A DNA stretch of 63,647 nt, counting the filler, from Thelocarpon superellum (taxonomy: Eukaryota): assembly GCA_026025795.1 (NCBI GenBank). It is 5 parts of 5 records of this genome, joined end to end, with 100 filler letters (N's around TTAATTAATTAA, not from the genome) between each part and the next. Parts side by side here need not be neighbours in the genome. Positions count along the whole stretch, not along the records: positions 38,388 to 50,989 come from JAPEUG010000480.1; 4 more parts are not named here. One strand, written 5' to 3'. Below, piece after piece: positions 39,044 to 50,890 of this stretch. The translations under genes were made by a program, and so were the position numbers. Each line of letters begins with the position of its first letter. Positions within the stretch are counted from its first letter, which is position 1. Under the pieces are notes generated by a model. It saw only the letters and a list, made by a program, of their open reading frames with translations. It was not told where the DNA came from and did no database searches.

Positions 39044-40909
39044 GCTCGCTGGAACGACCATGAACCCCAACCACGATCCGCGCCCGAGAAAATCAGTTCG
39101 AGGAACAAAGGTCCAGGTTGACCACGGGATTTTAATGGCAACGCAAGAGCGGCGCGGCGGTTGGGCGGCAATACCTTCTCAGCACAAGTATATAGCATGG
39201 AGTTGGGTTGGTCGACAGCGGTTGAATCTGTTTTGTCGGATGTATATATTCTTGGATTGAGATGTCCGAGATGGTTCACATATACCCTATCAATCCATCT
39301 CTCTTAGATTGTGTTTCCTCTGTCGTCGGTCATCTGTCCGCTGTGCACGTGTATCATCCTTACGTCCCGAGAGCCGCGTGCTCGGGAAAGTTTACACGAA
39401 GACCTCGCGCGAAAAATCGCCGTTTAGGGTAGAGGGGCAGTTTACCGACCCCGCTAATCGGTGCCCTCGCCAGCACCGATAAGTAGCCCCACCAGGACGG
39501 AGCGTCCATGCGCAGGGACGGATGGATCAGTCGGTCGACTAAAAATTTCCCTGAGACCCTTCCGACCGAGTCCAACGCCAACGCCACCTGGGGCCGGCGC
39601 ACTGTCTTTCCGCCGTGTACCCGCCGTGTACCCGCTCCTCGCAACATCGAAAAGGACCACGTGGACATATTGTCGGTACCGTGGTGAAGGAATGGTCGGG
39701 GGCGAAAGGCGGTGTAGCCAGTCGTGAGCATTACTGGAGAAGAGGGTCGATCAAAGCTGCGAATCGGAGCATCATAGTTGTCGCGGCGTATGCAGTGTAA
39801 CGGATGCCGGGCGACGGGCGAGTACCCGCGCCCCTTGGCCGGGCGAATCGCCTGCCCTTCCCGACGTCGGTCAATCCCGTCGCCTCCCCATGAGCCGCGC
39901 GACGTGGGCAGAGTCCCACCCCACCTCCCCGTAGGATCCCCGTATGACTGAGCCTCCGAAGAGGCGGTGAGCGACGGGGATCATGCTTTGACCCTTGCAC
40001 GCGAAAGTCATCTCCCCCGAGGCACCGGGGTGTGGGTCCAACATTTCGCTCCACGCCTTCCCAGGAATGACCTGCCGCTAGGGGTTGCCATTGTTATTCG
40101 GTGGATGACCACACGTCGATCCGGCGCGCGCTGCGTCAGGACGACGGCGAGATGAGGGGAGGAGGGGAGGAGCGCCCGTGGCGGCCCGTGGCGGGAGTCG
40201 GCTTCTGTCGAGTCACCACCATGACTCGATTCTATGGCGCCTAGTAGTCGACGGCTCTTCCGCCAGGCGAAATCTCACCACCTCGGATTCCCACCAAGGC
40301 CGCCTCCGCCCCTCGCGCGCAGCGCATATACCAATACGCTTCCCACCATGACTGGGGGCTTGCTCCGATGGCTCTCCGACGGACTCGGACGGAGCTGCCT
40401 TCAGGCTTCAACGTCCCAATTGCCGGGTCTGGCGAGTCAAGCTTGGGCAGCATTGGGCCAAGTGCCAAAGCATCCGATCGGCAAAAGCCAGTCACGCCCA
40501 ATCACCCGCGGCGGGCAGGCGACTTAGCGTGCGTCGCCCTGCTCGCTTGACAAAAAAGTCAAGATGGCCCACCTCTGCCCTCCTTCCTCCTTCTCTTCTG
40601 CTCTCTCATCCTCACCCCCCAGCACCCCTCCAGACAACGAAGTCGCCATCCACATCCAACCCGGATTTTCTCGTCACCCATACCTTCCTATCGTCGGAAT
40701 CATGCCACAGGCTGTCGCTGCGCTGTAAATCCACCACTGGAGGGCGTGCTCCCCGTCTTCCGAGCGGGCACGCCCTCCAGTCCGGCCAGCCAACGAGAAA
40801 TTTCAAATCAACTCACGACGATAGAACCCTCTTCGATTGCCGAAAGCCTCGCGCTTGCCATCGAATCTTTTTGCACAACCACTACTTCGGACCACTGACG
40901 TGTATCGTG

Positions 40910-42366
40910 ATGGCGATGGTGGTGGCGGCAACCGCGACCGCGACCGCGACCGCGACCGCGACCGCGCCGGCAACCGGCCTCGCCGTGGACGACTACTCCG
41001 ACGACGAGGTCTACCAGGGCGTCGACCTCATCAGCGATTCCGAGGATGGCGAGCCTAACATTGAGACGGCCGAAGAGAAGGTCATCATTGCCTCGGAAGA
41101 GGAGCGGGGCCACGCGGCCGACAAACGCTCCTCCGCTCGACCCTCTAGCACCTTGAACGAGTGGGAAGGCCTTGACCTGGACGACGGCTTCTTTGACAGT
41201 GAGGCCGGCGCATTTGACGATTCCTATGCTGCCACGAATCTGTATTTTACCCACGAGGTCGAAATGTCGAGCAGTGCCCCGAATCACGAGCACGCCCCCC
41301 AACCCGCTGAAACCAAGCGCGTCCGTTTCCTGGACGAACTCGTGTCCGGCGACAGCTTCATGGCGGACACGACCTGCCGCGACGACGAACCCTTCCCCGA
41401 ACTCTTCATGCGTCAAGATCTGCTCGACCCTACCTTTCGTCAGATGATTGAAGATGACGCCGATGTCGACGACAGCATGGACCCCGCCGTGGGCGACAAG
41501 CGCCCGTCGACCTGGCTCGATCAGGACATGGACCTGACCATGGATGAGGGCGATTCGCCGAGCTCAGGGGGGAGTTCCAGTGGTTACGAGAGTATGTGTG
41601 GGCGCTTCATCGCCACCGGCCAACCAGGTTACTGACCCTTCCCTTCCTAGCCGATGACGGCGAGACGACCGACGAGGACTTGCCCCCTCCCCAAGCGATC
41701 GCTCGCACTCGCTCCGTCCTCCGCCGCCCGTCTACGTCTTCGCTGAGTCCCGAAGACGAGGATCATCCGGTTGCCTTCCGACGCTCGCTCGGTCTCACCG
41801 GACCCCCACGCCTCGGACCCTCGCTGGGCTCGTGGACGACGGATCCGAGCAAGCCCATCGCCTGCATTGATAGAACCGGCAAGCGGATGATCATCTTCCC
41901 CGCCGTGCGACCGACGCCACGCGAGGATCGCCTCTTTCGAACGCCTATGAGCAGCGGCTACAGCACGATGAACTCCAGTCCACAGACGCCCCACGCTCAA
42001 CTGCTCGACGATAGCGACGAATATAGTGACGCACGGCGTCGCCACCATCGCGCCTTATCGCTCCCCACCCCCGCCGCTGCCATGATGATGGGCAGCCTCT
42101 TCCACGGCGCTCTTGGTAACCAATATCTCCATGGCGGTCCCGTGACGGGACCGCCCGAAGCCTTCTACCCCTTCCGTAGCGTGGGGCCCGATGGTCGATT
42201 GCATGACATGGGGGAGAACGGGGACGATGACGACGATGATGACGACGATGATGAGAATCTGTTGAATGTCAACGACTTCATTGATTTTGGCGAGACTTCG
42301 TCGTCTGGAGAGGTTGACGATGGCGACGGCGATGGCGATGACGACGGCGAGGACGAACCCCTCTGA
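40910..42366 (+). CDS. Acidic Ifh1/Crf1-like transcriptional cofactor (possibly C-terminally truncated)
   Basis: YQGVDLISDSEDGEP..EEKVII motif; SSSGYE/intron about 41592-41650/DDGETTDEDLP; GSWTTDPSKPIACID; GPPEAFYPF; LNVNDFIDF. Family assignment is from recalled motif resemblance. Confidence 0.65.
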
Positions 42367-42937
42367 ACGTTGCTTCCTTTCGACTTCTGCCCAGGCAGTC
42401 ACTACGGTAGCTCTTCCATGTCTTCTACAGTTTTCCGTCCAAGGTGTACTCGTAGACATGGGCAGGAAATACGTCCATCTGGTCGGGTCAACGACTGCCA
42501 TCCGCCGCAAACGCTGCTGCCGGGGCCTGCGAAGATGGCTGATGCTCTCTGGGGTTGGTCAACGAAGGTAGTTAGAGGGATGAGGTGACTGCTGGGTGGG
42601 CTCGTGGGGCGATGAGGCGACTACCTCGGTCCGCTGCCGGGAGCGGCCCTAAGCGTAGCCCAGCTGGGCAGGCTGGCTGGTGCGTTAGCCGTGTCATGCG
42701 CCGCATGGGGTATGTTAGTCGCAACCAACCTTTTTGTGGGCTACACCCTGGGCTGACGATGGCCGCCCAAGTGTCGACACTGGGCGACGTGGGCACTTCA
42801 TCCGACAGCCGCCCTCCTCCCTCTCGGAGTCCCATGCCTCAGTCAACGTTCTTCCGCCATCGCCCGCTTCGCCCGACGTCCCGTTTCATGGCCAGAGATG
42901 CCCACTCGCGAAAACGGAAGCGACGCGTCTACTCGAC

Positions 42938-44467
42938 ATGAAGCCCGTCGACTTGGGCGAGCCCGCGCTGAAGATCGTGCGAGGCTTCGCGCCCTCCGTC
43001 TCGGGCGACGATGACTCCGAGCTGTCCCCCGTCAGCACCCCGGGCACCTTGACTCATCGGTTCAAGGATGCCTTTAGCGCGAGCAGCAGTCCCATCGTGC
43101 GACCGTCGTCGGCCGGGTCGCAGGGCGGCATCACCGCGCTGAAGCTTCGCCTCGACACGCTCCACCTCGATTCCGTCCCGCAGACGCGTCGCCGTCACCA
43201 TCTTCGCCTGTCGCCTGGGTCGGCCGACTCGACCACGTCCGATTTTCCCTCGGATGATGATAGCGATCTCGACCGACCGCCGAGGGGGACGTATGAGGTC
43301 CCCTTGGAGCACGACTTCATCAGCCCTGATGTGGGATCGAAGCCGCCGCTGGGCCTTGAGGGTCTGGGCCCGCTCGCCGACGACCCCGTGGTGCGTAAGA
43401 TGACGGCCGCCGACTTCGAACCCCTTCGTTGTCTGGGCAAGGGCACGTACGGGACCGTGTTGCTGGTCCGACAGCGCTCGACCGGGCGCCTGTTCGCCCA
43501 GAAGCAGTTTCGCAAGGCCTCGGTCATCGTCGACAAATACCTGGTGGAGCAGACGAAGACGGAGCGCGCCATTCTCGAGAGCATCAACCGCCATCCCTTT
43601 GTCGTCAAGCTGTACTATGCCTTTCACGACCGGGAGAAGTTATACCTGATCTTGGAGTATGCCGAGGGCGGAGAGCTGTCGACGCACCTGGCCGCCGAAC
43701 GCATGTTCCCCGAGGACGTGGCAGCCTTCTACATGGCCGAGATGGTCCTCGCCCTGGAGCATCTTCATCGCAACCTTGGGGTGGTGTATCGCGATCTCAA
43801 GCCCGAGAACGTGCTGCTGGACGCCGAGGGCCACCTGCTTCTGACGGACTTTGGCCTCAGCAAGGTGCCGGTCGACGGCGGCGACCACTGCAAGACCATT
43901 GCCGGCACGGACGTCTACATGGCGCCCGAGGTCATCATGGGGAAGCCATACGGCAGCGCCGTGGACTGGTGGTCGTTTGGCGCCTTGGGCTTCGACCTCC
44001 TGACCGGCGCGCCCCCCTTCCCCGGGAACAACCACGCGAAGATCAAAGAGAAGATCGTGCACGGACGTCTGCAGCTCCCGTACTACCTCACCCCGGACGC
44101 CAAGGATCTCTTGACCCGCCTGCTGCGCAAGGAGCCCAGCAAGCGCCTGGGGTGGAATTCCGCGCGCGACGTGCAGCTCATCAAGAAACATCGATTCTTC
44201 CGCAAGATCGACTGGAAAGCGCTGGCGCGGCGCGAGGCCGACCCACCCATCCACCCCCTCATCACCGATCCATCGCTGGCCGAGAACTTTTCCACCTCGT
44301 TCACCGACCTGGCCGTCAGTCCCGTCGTCACGAGCCAAGACTCCATGCACGCTGGAGACGGTCTCGCGCAAAGCGCCACCAGCGAATCCGATCCTTTTGG
44401 CGGCTTCAGTTTCGTCGCCAGCAGCAGTCTCTTCGAGGCGGCTACGATGGATACCTTCATGAACTGA
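42938..44467 (+). CDS. psk1: AGC-family Ser/Thr kinase, Psk1/Ypk3 (S6K-like)
   Basis: GKGTYG, FAQK, YRDLKPEN, DFG, MAPE, and AGC C-tail with hydrophobic motif PFGGFSF. Intronless. Confidence 0.85.
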   Translation: MKPVDLGEPALKIVRGFAPSVSGDDDSELSPVSTPGTLTHRFKDAFSASSSPIVRPSSAGSQGGITALKLRLDTLHLDSVPQTRRRHHLRLSPGSADSTTSDFPSDDDSDLDRPPRGTYEVPLEHDFISPDVGSKPPLGLEGLGPLADDPVVRKMTAADFEPLRCLGKGTYGTVLLVRQRSTGRLFAQKQFRKASVIVDKYLVEQTKTERAILESINRHPFVVKLYYAFHDREKLYLILEYAEGGELSTHLAAERMFPEDVAAFYMAEMVLALEHLHRNLGVVYRDLKPENVLLDAEGHLLLTDFGLSKVPVDGGDHCKTIAGTDVYMAPEVIMGKPYGSAVDWWSFGALGFDLLTGAPPFPGNNHAKIKEKIVHGRLQLPYYLTPDAKDLLTRLLRKEPSKRLGWNSARDVQLIKKHRFFRKIDWKALARREADPPIHPLITDPSLAENFSTSFTDLAVSPVVTSQDSMHAGDGLAQSATSESDPFGGFSFVASSSLFEAATMDTFMN

Positions 44468-45493
44468 CTCTGACGTGTTTCCCCACCCTTCCCATACCCT
44501 CCCATACCGATGTCCATTGCATGCCGGGTTTCATAATTTCTGGTTTTCCTGGTTACCATGTGCGGTCATAGGGTGGAGTGGAGCGGCGTCGGTCGTCCCT
44601 TGCATATGTACGCATGCCTGCAGGCTCACACCCGCGCATAATCATTTGGCATTCCCGCGCCCCTTCTTTCGCATACGAAGGACCTGTGCCCAGGATTGCA
44701 TTCATCATGAACGACCATGCAGAGACAGCCATGATGTATGATAGAATGCGAAGAACGCGCTGGACCACGCAGAGCTAGAGATACATTCCCTGGAAAACGA
44801 CGTTCCGATTATAGCATATTCTCCGCGTCATATCTTCCCCATCATTCGCTCTCCCCACCTTCCCAATGAATATACGCTGACGAACCATGCTGGGAGAGGA
44901 AAGGAGAGACATTCGAAAGCTCACGGTCGTCCAAGTACTGCGTCTCAGCACTATTATCATCAAACCTGTCGGGAATAATGTAGGTGCGTAAGTATATTAG
45001 ATAATGTATGTAAGAATGAGAATATGCAACTCGTCAACCCTCCCCGCGGCATTCCTCCACTTCATTCCACAACCCTCATTCCGAAAACGAAATCTTGTCC
45101 CCCATCGTGACTCACCTACCTACCTGTCTGTCTGGCTGTCTGGCTGTCTGCCTTACTCATTCCATTCCCCGTCATCTCATACACCAGGCAATTCCTCTCA
45201 CAGATGGATTTCCGATGGTCCTCTCTTCCACATTCCTGTAACTCTCCACTTCGATCCGAAAGAGACCCGAACAGCAGAGTCACGATCAAGGCCAAGATGG
45301 ACCTAGGGAGAGGAAAGAGGGAGAAGCCGTATCATTAATTAAAGACGTAGTGTACAGAATCTAGAATCTAGAAAAGAGGATAGATGCTGAAGGTAGGCAA
45401 GTAGCGGGTAGTTTTGAAAAGGTAGCATATATGTAGAGTGATGTGGGGAAGAGAGCCATTGGCAGTGCCGGTGCATAGTGGCCCGACGTCTGC

Positions 45494-46347
45494 CTAGGCA
45501 AAGAGGGCAAACAGAGCTCCCAGCGCCATGGCCAATACGCTTGTCGGCACGTCCGAAGCTGGAGCCAGGCCAGTGAAGACCGCTGCGGCGGAGCCAGCAG
45601 GAGCTGGTGCAGGACCAGGCGTCGAACCACCGGGGGTGGCCGCAGGGGCAGCGGCAGGAGCAGCAGCCGGAGCGACACCCGGTACGACAGTAGGGGCAAC
45701 AGCTGGAGCGACCAGAGGAGTTCCAGCCGGTGGAGCAACCTGTAGACAGTCAATTGTTGGCTCGACTGGTGCAAAGGCATGAAGAGACATACCGGCGCAG
45801 CGCTAGCAGCAATAACGGAGGTCGTCAAGTACGTGGTTGGGACAGACGTTGTGATCGTAGAAAGCGAGCTGGTCGAGAGAAGGATCGTCGACCCAGCGCT
45901 GACCGTCGTGAGAACAACTGGGCACGTAGAGACTGTGACTGTTGCCACTTGCTGCGTGACATTGTACGTCGTCGTGGAACCCGGGAGAGGCGTGCCGGAG
46001 CACGGGACCGTGATGACCGTCGTGTACGGCGTGGGGCTAGGGCAGATCGTGGTGGTGGTCGTGAAACCCGGCGGTAACACGGTCGGATTCGGCGTCAAGC
46101 AAGTTCCCGGACATTTCGAGGTGATAGTGTACGTGACCGGGACGGGGCCGGTGGGGCAGATCGAGGTGTAGACCGTCGAGTACGTGGTCGTCACGTAGCT
46201 CAAGTTATTTTGAGAGCCGCCATAGTTGATGATACATATGGACGTCGTTGCCGGTTGTGTCACGGTCGGACCAGTACACGACGAGGTGCTTTGGCTGATT
46301 GCGAAGTGCCCAAGGGACAGAGAGAGGAGGAGGAGACGAGCAAACAT
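45494..46347 (-). CDS. GPI-anchored Thr/Cys-rich cell wall protein
   Basis: Signal peptide MFARLLLLSLSLG; YSTVYTSICPTG and LPPGFTTTTTIC repeats; intron 45740-45792; Ala/Pro linker; FTG motif and hydrophobic C-terminus. Confidence 0.88.
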
Positions 46348-46961
46348 GATGGCCGACGTGAAGAGACGAGACAAAGGTCAAGCTTGAGGAGGAATGGCGA
46401 ATGAGACGGTGATCGTGAAGGGGGCCATCGCCGTTCTTATGAGAACTGTAGCGCAGCAACTGAATTAGCATGCCACGGAATGCAGCATGCTCGAGTCGCT
46501 CCTACATGGTAACCAGATGGATCGATACCTCGACGATGCAGAGATGCGAGTCCTCGACAAATGGATTCATTTCGCGCACATTCCGCCTATCCATTAGGCG
46601 ACGACTGGCATGATTGTTGTTATCGTTTGATGATGAGGCATGGAGCGGACAAGAATGTCGCAAGTGCCGTTCATGAAGCTGTCTTCGCAACTGGGGGGAC
46701 GCTAGTCTGTGTCTTTCCTTAGGCTTGGACTGACCGTCCTTGCTAATGGGGGCTTTTCCGTTAGCTGGGTGGATTTTCTACTACTCTTCATTAGAGCATT
46801 TTAGCACCGGTTTTTTGGTGTAGTGAATTTTTGGTGTAGTTAGTGGTTAATTTTCTAGACTAGTCCTAATTGAGCTTCCTACTCTTTTTGGATATATCAA
46901 ATCATCAAGCAACTGACCTGTGTCAACTCCATCAATATTATCACCAGTTCCCACCTCAACC

Positions 46962-48130
46962 ATGGCCTCTACAGCTGATTTCCAGCTGCTCGCTGCTCTA
47001 TTCGCTTCTGCAGCTTCCTTGCTATTGCTCCTGCAGTCAGTTGATGACCACAGGCCTCACAGAACAGCACCAGGCACCCATTTCACCTTCAATTTCAACA
47101 AGTTCAATGACTTGCTCTGTCACAAAGTGACCAGGTGAGTCTATTCCACCTGACTGGATCTAACTAACACTGCTTATAGGTTCACCAAGTCACAGATCAC
47201 TGTCATCCTTCCCTACCTTGAGCTGGAGACAATTAGCTTCTGGAATCACCTGACCCTGTCACTAGAGCTCGCCTTTGTCATTGTTGCAGCTCAGCTTGTG
47301 TACCCTGAGTGCCTCAACACCCTCTCACACCTCCTTGGTTGATCTTGTGGTTGGTTGTTGTCTGTGTGTGTGGATGTTGTCCTACACCTGGTTCAACACT
47401 ATTGTGAGATCTTGGAATGGCACCCCTACCTGGACAACTACAAGTGACTTGAATCCTTCATCTGTGCTAGTAGTGAGTTCTCTGGGGTTGGCACTCCCTA
47501 CAATTGCTGGGGATATGTTGATGGGATGTTCTGGCCATTCTGTTGTCTAACAAAGAACCAGTGCTAGCACTACTCTGGCCACAAGAAGCAGCACAGCTTC
47601 AAATACCAGGCAATTGCAACTCTAGACAGCCTCATTCCTTCCTTGAAAGGACCCTTCCTAGCGATGACTAACAACTACAAGATGTATAACAATTCAGGTG
47701 TTCAGGATCAGATCAACAAGGTGAGTCCCCTGCCCTGTCTCTCCATGCCTAATAATACTAACTAGTCTACAGATCTGCTGTCATGGCAGCTGTCATCTTG
47801 TTGTATTCAGCGATCCAGCATACACCCTGCTCCTCAGCACTATGTGCCCATATCCCATCCTCCACTGTGACAACTGGCAGACCTAGTTCAATACAGCAAT
47901 GAGTCACTGCTGGATCACTGTGGAGAACAGCTTTGGAAAGACAGCCAACCTCTGGCTATCTAGCCAGTTCAAAGTCCTCCAGTGATCTGGAATGAGTCCA
48001 GTCACAGTGAATTACATGGTCTCCATCCTCCTAACCAACATCCACACCAGCATACATGGCAACAAGTCATGCTTCAGTTTGTTCCCTCTCTCCCTTGATG
48101 CTTACCTCTGACTGGATAGCTGGTTTAGGA
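46962..48130 (+). pseudogene. DDE (Harbinger/DDE_Tnp_4-type) transposase pseudogene
   Basis: WGYVDG, YSGHKKQHSFKYQ, FSDPAY (GD.AY motif) and FNTAMS..ITVENSFG, with several in-frame stops and two probable introns. Confidence 0.88.
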
Positions 48131-48349
48131 ATCCCTGGGAGAGCTGTGATGACAACTCTGACAACAACTCTGACAATGAGGATGACGATGACTCCAACGA
48201 CAACAACTACAACAACTATGACAACTACAACAACTACAACAACTACTATGACAATGGCGACTACAATGGCAATGGTGGTGGCAGTAGGTGGGTGGGTGGG
48301 CCTCTTTCCTGAGGGCACTGCTGCTATCAATGCCTTTGATACTACTATT

Positions 48350-49340
48350 TACAGCTGAGTTCCTCCCTGCTCTGAGTGTGCTAACAGACTGTGTATAGTG
48401 TTGAGGAGTTCTACCTTCAAGCCACTGATGGTATTGTTGAGTTGATCTAGTCTTTCTTCTGTTTTAGCATGGAAATCAGTGCCTCCAGTGAGTCCCCCCC
48501 CCTTGATGGAGTCTGCTAACTCCTTGACAGACCCAGCTATTATTATCACCACCTTGCTGATATCCACCTTCTGACTCTAGCTCCTTCCTGATAATGATGT
48601 CACAGCTCCTGACTCTTCTTCTTCCTATGGCCCTAGTAAGTTGCCTCCCTTGTCTTGATTGTTACTGATGTCAGTTCTCCTAGCTCTTGCCCAGAGCTGC
48701 CATTGCCCACTCAATGACTCTATCATTGCCTCCCTCTTGATCTGGATCTCCCTTGCTGTTGCCTAGTGGCGCATGGCTGTACTCTACTGATCTTCCATCT
48801 CTGCCTCAAGGCTGTCAATATGCTCCAACCAGTTGTCTATTGCAATTGTCCACAAGTTGCAAGTCTTCTCTTCCTCTGTCTCCTCCATAACCTGCTTCTG
48901 CTGCTGGTCCACCAGTTGTCAGACCTTCTGCCTGGTGTTTGAAAACACCAGGCCAGTCTCAAGGTTGAACTCCTGTTCAACATCCATCCAGAACTGGGTC
49001 TTGTTGTTGTGAGTGAACCTGTTCTTGTATTTTGAACAGATCTTGACTAACAGTATCTCTTGTTCTTCTGAATTGATGTCAACCCTCATCCTCTGTCTGC
49101 CTCCTTCGCTGCCTCCCTTGCGACCTCCCTCACTGCCTCTGCGACCACCCCCCTCTTGGGCACCACAGCCATAGCCACAGCCACAGCCACAGCCACAACC
49201 ATGACTGCTGCGACCAGGTGGTGGATGACTAGTGGCCCTGCTGTCTTTGTTGTCATTGCTGGCTCTGATGGGATACAATTGGCTGGTGGGGGGTTGGGTG
49301 GACTGCTAGGTGGCCATGATTGCTGGATCTATGGCCATTG
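48350..49340 (-). pseudogene. Harbinger accessory (Myb/SANT-like) protein pseudogene
   Basis: ILLVKIC..YKNRF..NKTQFWMDVEQEF...TIAIDNW followed by coiled-coil-like sequence, interrupted by stops. It lies inside the TIRs, convergent with the transposase. Boundaries approximate. Confidence 0.65.
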
Positions 49341-49934
49341 GATCAATGGAGTTGTACTCTGTTGATCTGATGGCCCTGTTGTCAAATGATGACACTGGTG
49401 GCTGGATCTGTGTTGTCTGGATAGCAGTCCTATAGGGATTGCTGTCTAGATCAACAACAAATCCACCACTATATGCTGATGACAACAGTGGCCCAAGAGG
49501 TGGACAATGGGCCTGTGAGTGGTTGCTGGGCCCTGGGGTAGAGCTCCATTCAAGGGAGGAGCTAGCAGGACTACTCTGGCCTTGCTGGACATGCCAGGTG
49601 GGTCTCCTGGCTGGCATACTGACTGACAATATACAGATGATCTTCTATATCTACATAACAAAGGTGAGTCCTGATGTCTGAATAGCTTCATATACTAACT
49701 ATATAGGGAAGGAAGAGCAGCAGTGCCAGCTACACAGCGCCTGTGTAGTACTATGCAGGCGCTGTGTAGCTAGCACTACTGCTCCTTCCAAATATGGCAG
49801 GTAGGCCCTATCTGGAATGAGCTAACTACACCAAAACCCTTCCCCTCCCACTGCTAAAATGCTCTATTATGTAAGTATGGATATTCGAAGCAGTAGAGTG
49901 CCTCCAAGTAGCAATGAATATGTAGTATTACTAC

Positions 49935-50025
49935 TGTAGGAATCAGAGCTGATTTGCTAATATACGCGTCGTCTGGGATAGTAATAGGAGTGGGCACGTG
50001 ACTAGATCACGTGTATGCTCCTACA
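49935..50025 (-). mobile_element. 91-bp TGTAGGA...TCCTACA element, copy 2
   Basis: Same terminal repeat; perfect 4-bp TSD CTAC; homologous to 25258-25347. Confidence 0.8.
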
Positions 50026-50431
50026 CTACCAGTAATAGATGTTTTTGTAGGAGAGTTTGATGCTGAATTTTATGCTAGGTGAATTCTGTTGTTGCTTGTA
50101 ACAAGAAAATTACTTAGTGTATTAGCACTAAGCTATATTCAATTAGGAGATCATGTGATATCAAAAGCTGCAATAGTCTTGCTACAATCCCCCTCCCTCT
50201 ACTCTATTCTATAGAGATTCTACTAACAACACTACTACTATAAGGATAAGTAACTTCCTTAAAGCTTTAGAAGCTGTAGTAATTAAGATACTAGTGATTA
50301 CTATAGCTATTTCTAGAAAAAAAGACTAGTACAACAGGGAAGCACTAACAATTCCCTATTAACTATTAACTTACTACTTCTTTTTTAACTTTAACCTAGA
50401 TTACAGAGTAAGAAACAGATGTATTAATATA

Positions 50432-50818
50432 CACTGTGAGCCTAGGAGCTCTATGCCTTGCCATGAGGATAGGAGTGATCATGTGATAGCTACATGATAG
50501 TCACATGATGTGGCACATGACCTAGCACACTGTATATAAACCAAGTCCTACTATGAGCTGTAACAACAAAGGCCTACAGCTAGGTGAAAACAGTAGACAT
50601 AGTCAATAGAGTTGACTCTGTAGCTCCTAGGGCCTATAGACCTATAACTAGCCTCCTTGTGTTACTCAAGTTGAATACTAGGGCTCTGCTAGCTCACAGT
50701 AGGACTTGGTTTATATACAGTGTGCTAGGTTATGTACTGTATTATGCAACTATTATGTGGTTATCACATGATCACTCCTATCCTCATGGCAAGGCATAGA
50801 GCTCCTAGCCTCACAGTG
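50432..50818. repeat. Foldback inverted repeat, 128-bp arms with 131-bp spacer (MITE-like relic)
   Basis: 50432-50559 matches the reverse complement of 50691-50818; mismatches are almost all transitions. Confidence 0.88.
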
Positions 50819-50890
50819 GGGAGAAGGTGGGAGGGGGTGTTGAAGGGGAGATACATGAGGGCATGTCATTATGGTTGGTAGGGTCGTCGC

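Larger units (their letters stand above)
46793..49865 (+). mobile_element. PIF/Harbinger-superfamily DNA transposon, full length, inactivated
   Basis: TIRs AGAGCATTTTAGCA / TGCTAAAATGCTCT; 3-bp TSD ATT on both sides; subterminal TTTTGGTGTAGT motifs inverted at each end; two convergent decayed ORFs. Confidence 0.9.

Noticed and set aside
38442..39260. 272-aa ORF with QDPARAV repeats
   Set aside because: Repeat variation is better explained as synonymous in the Gly/Ser frame, so this is a shadow frame.
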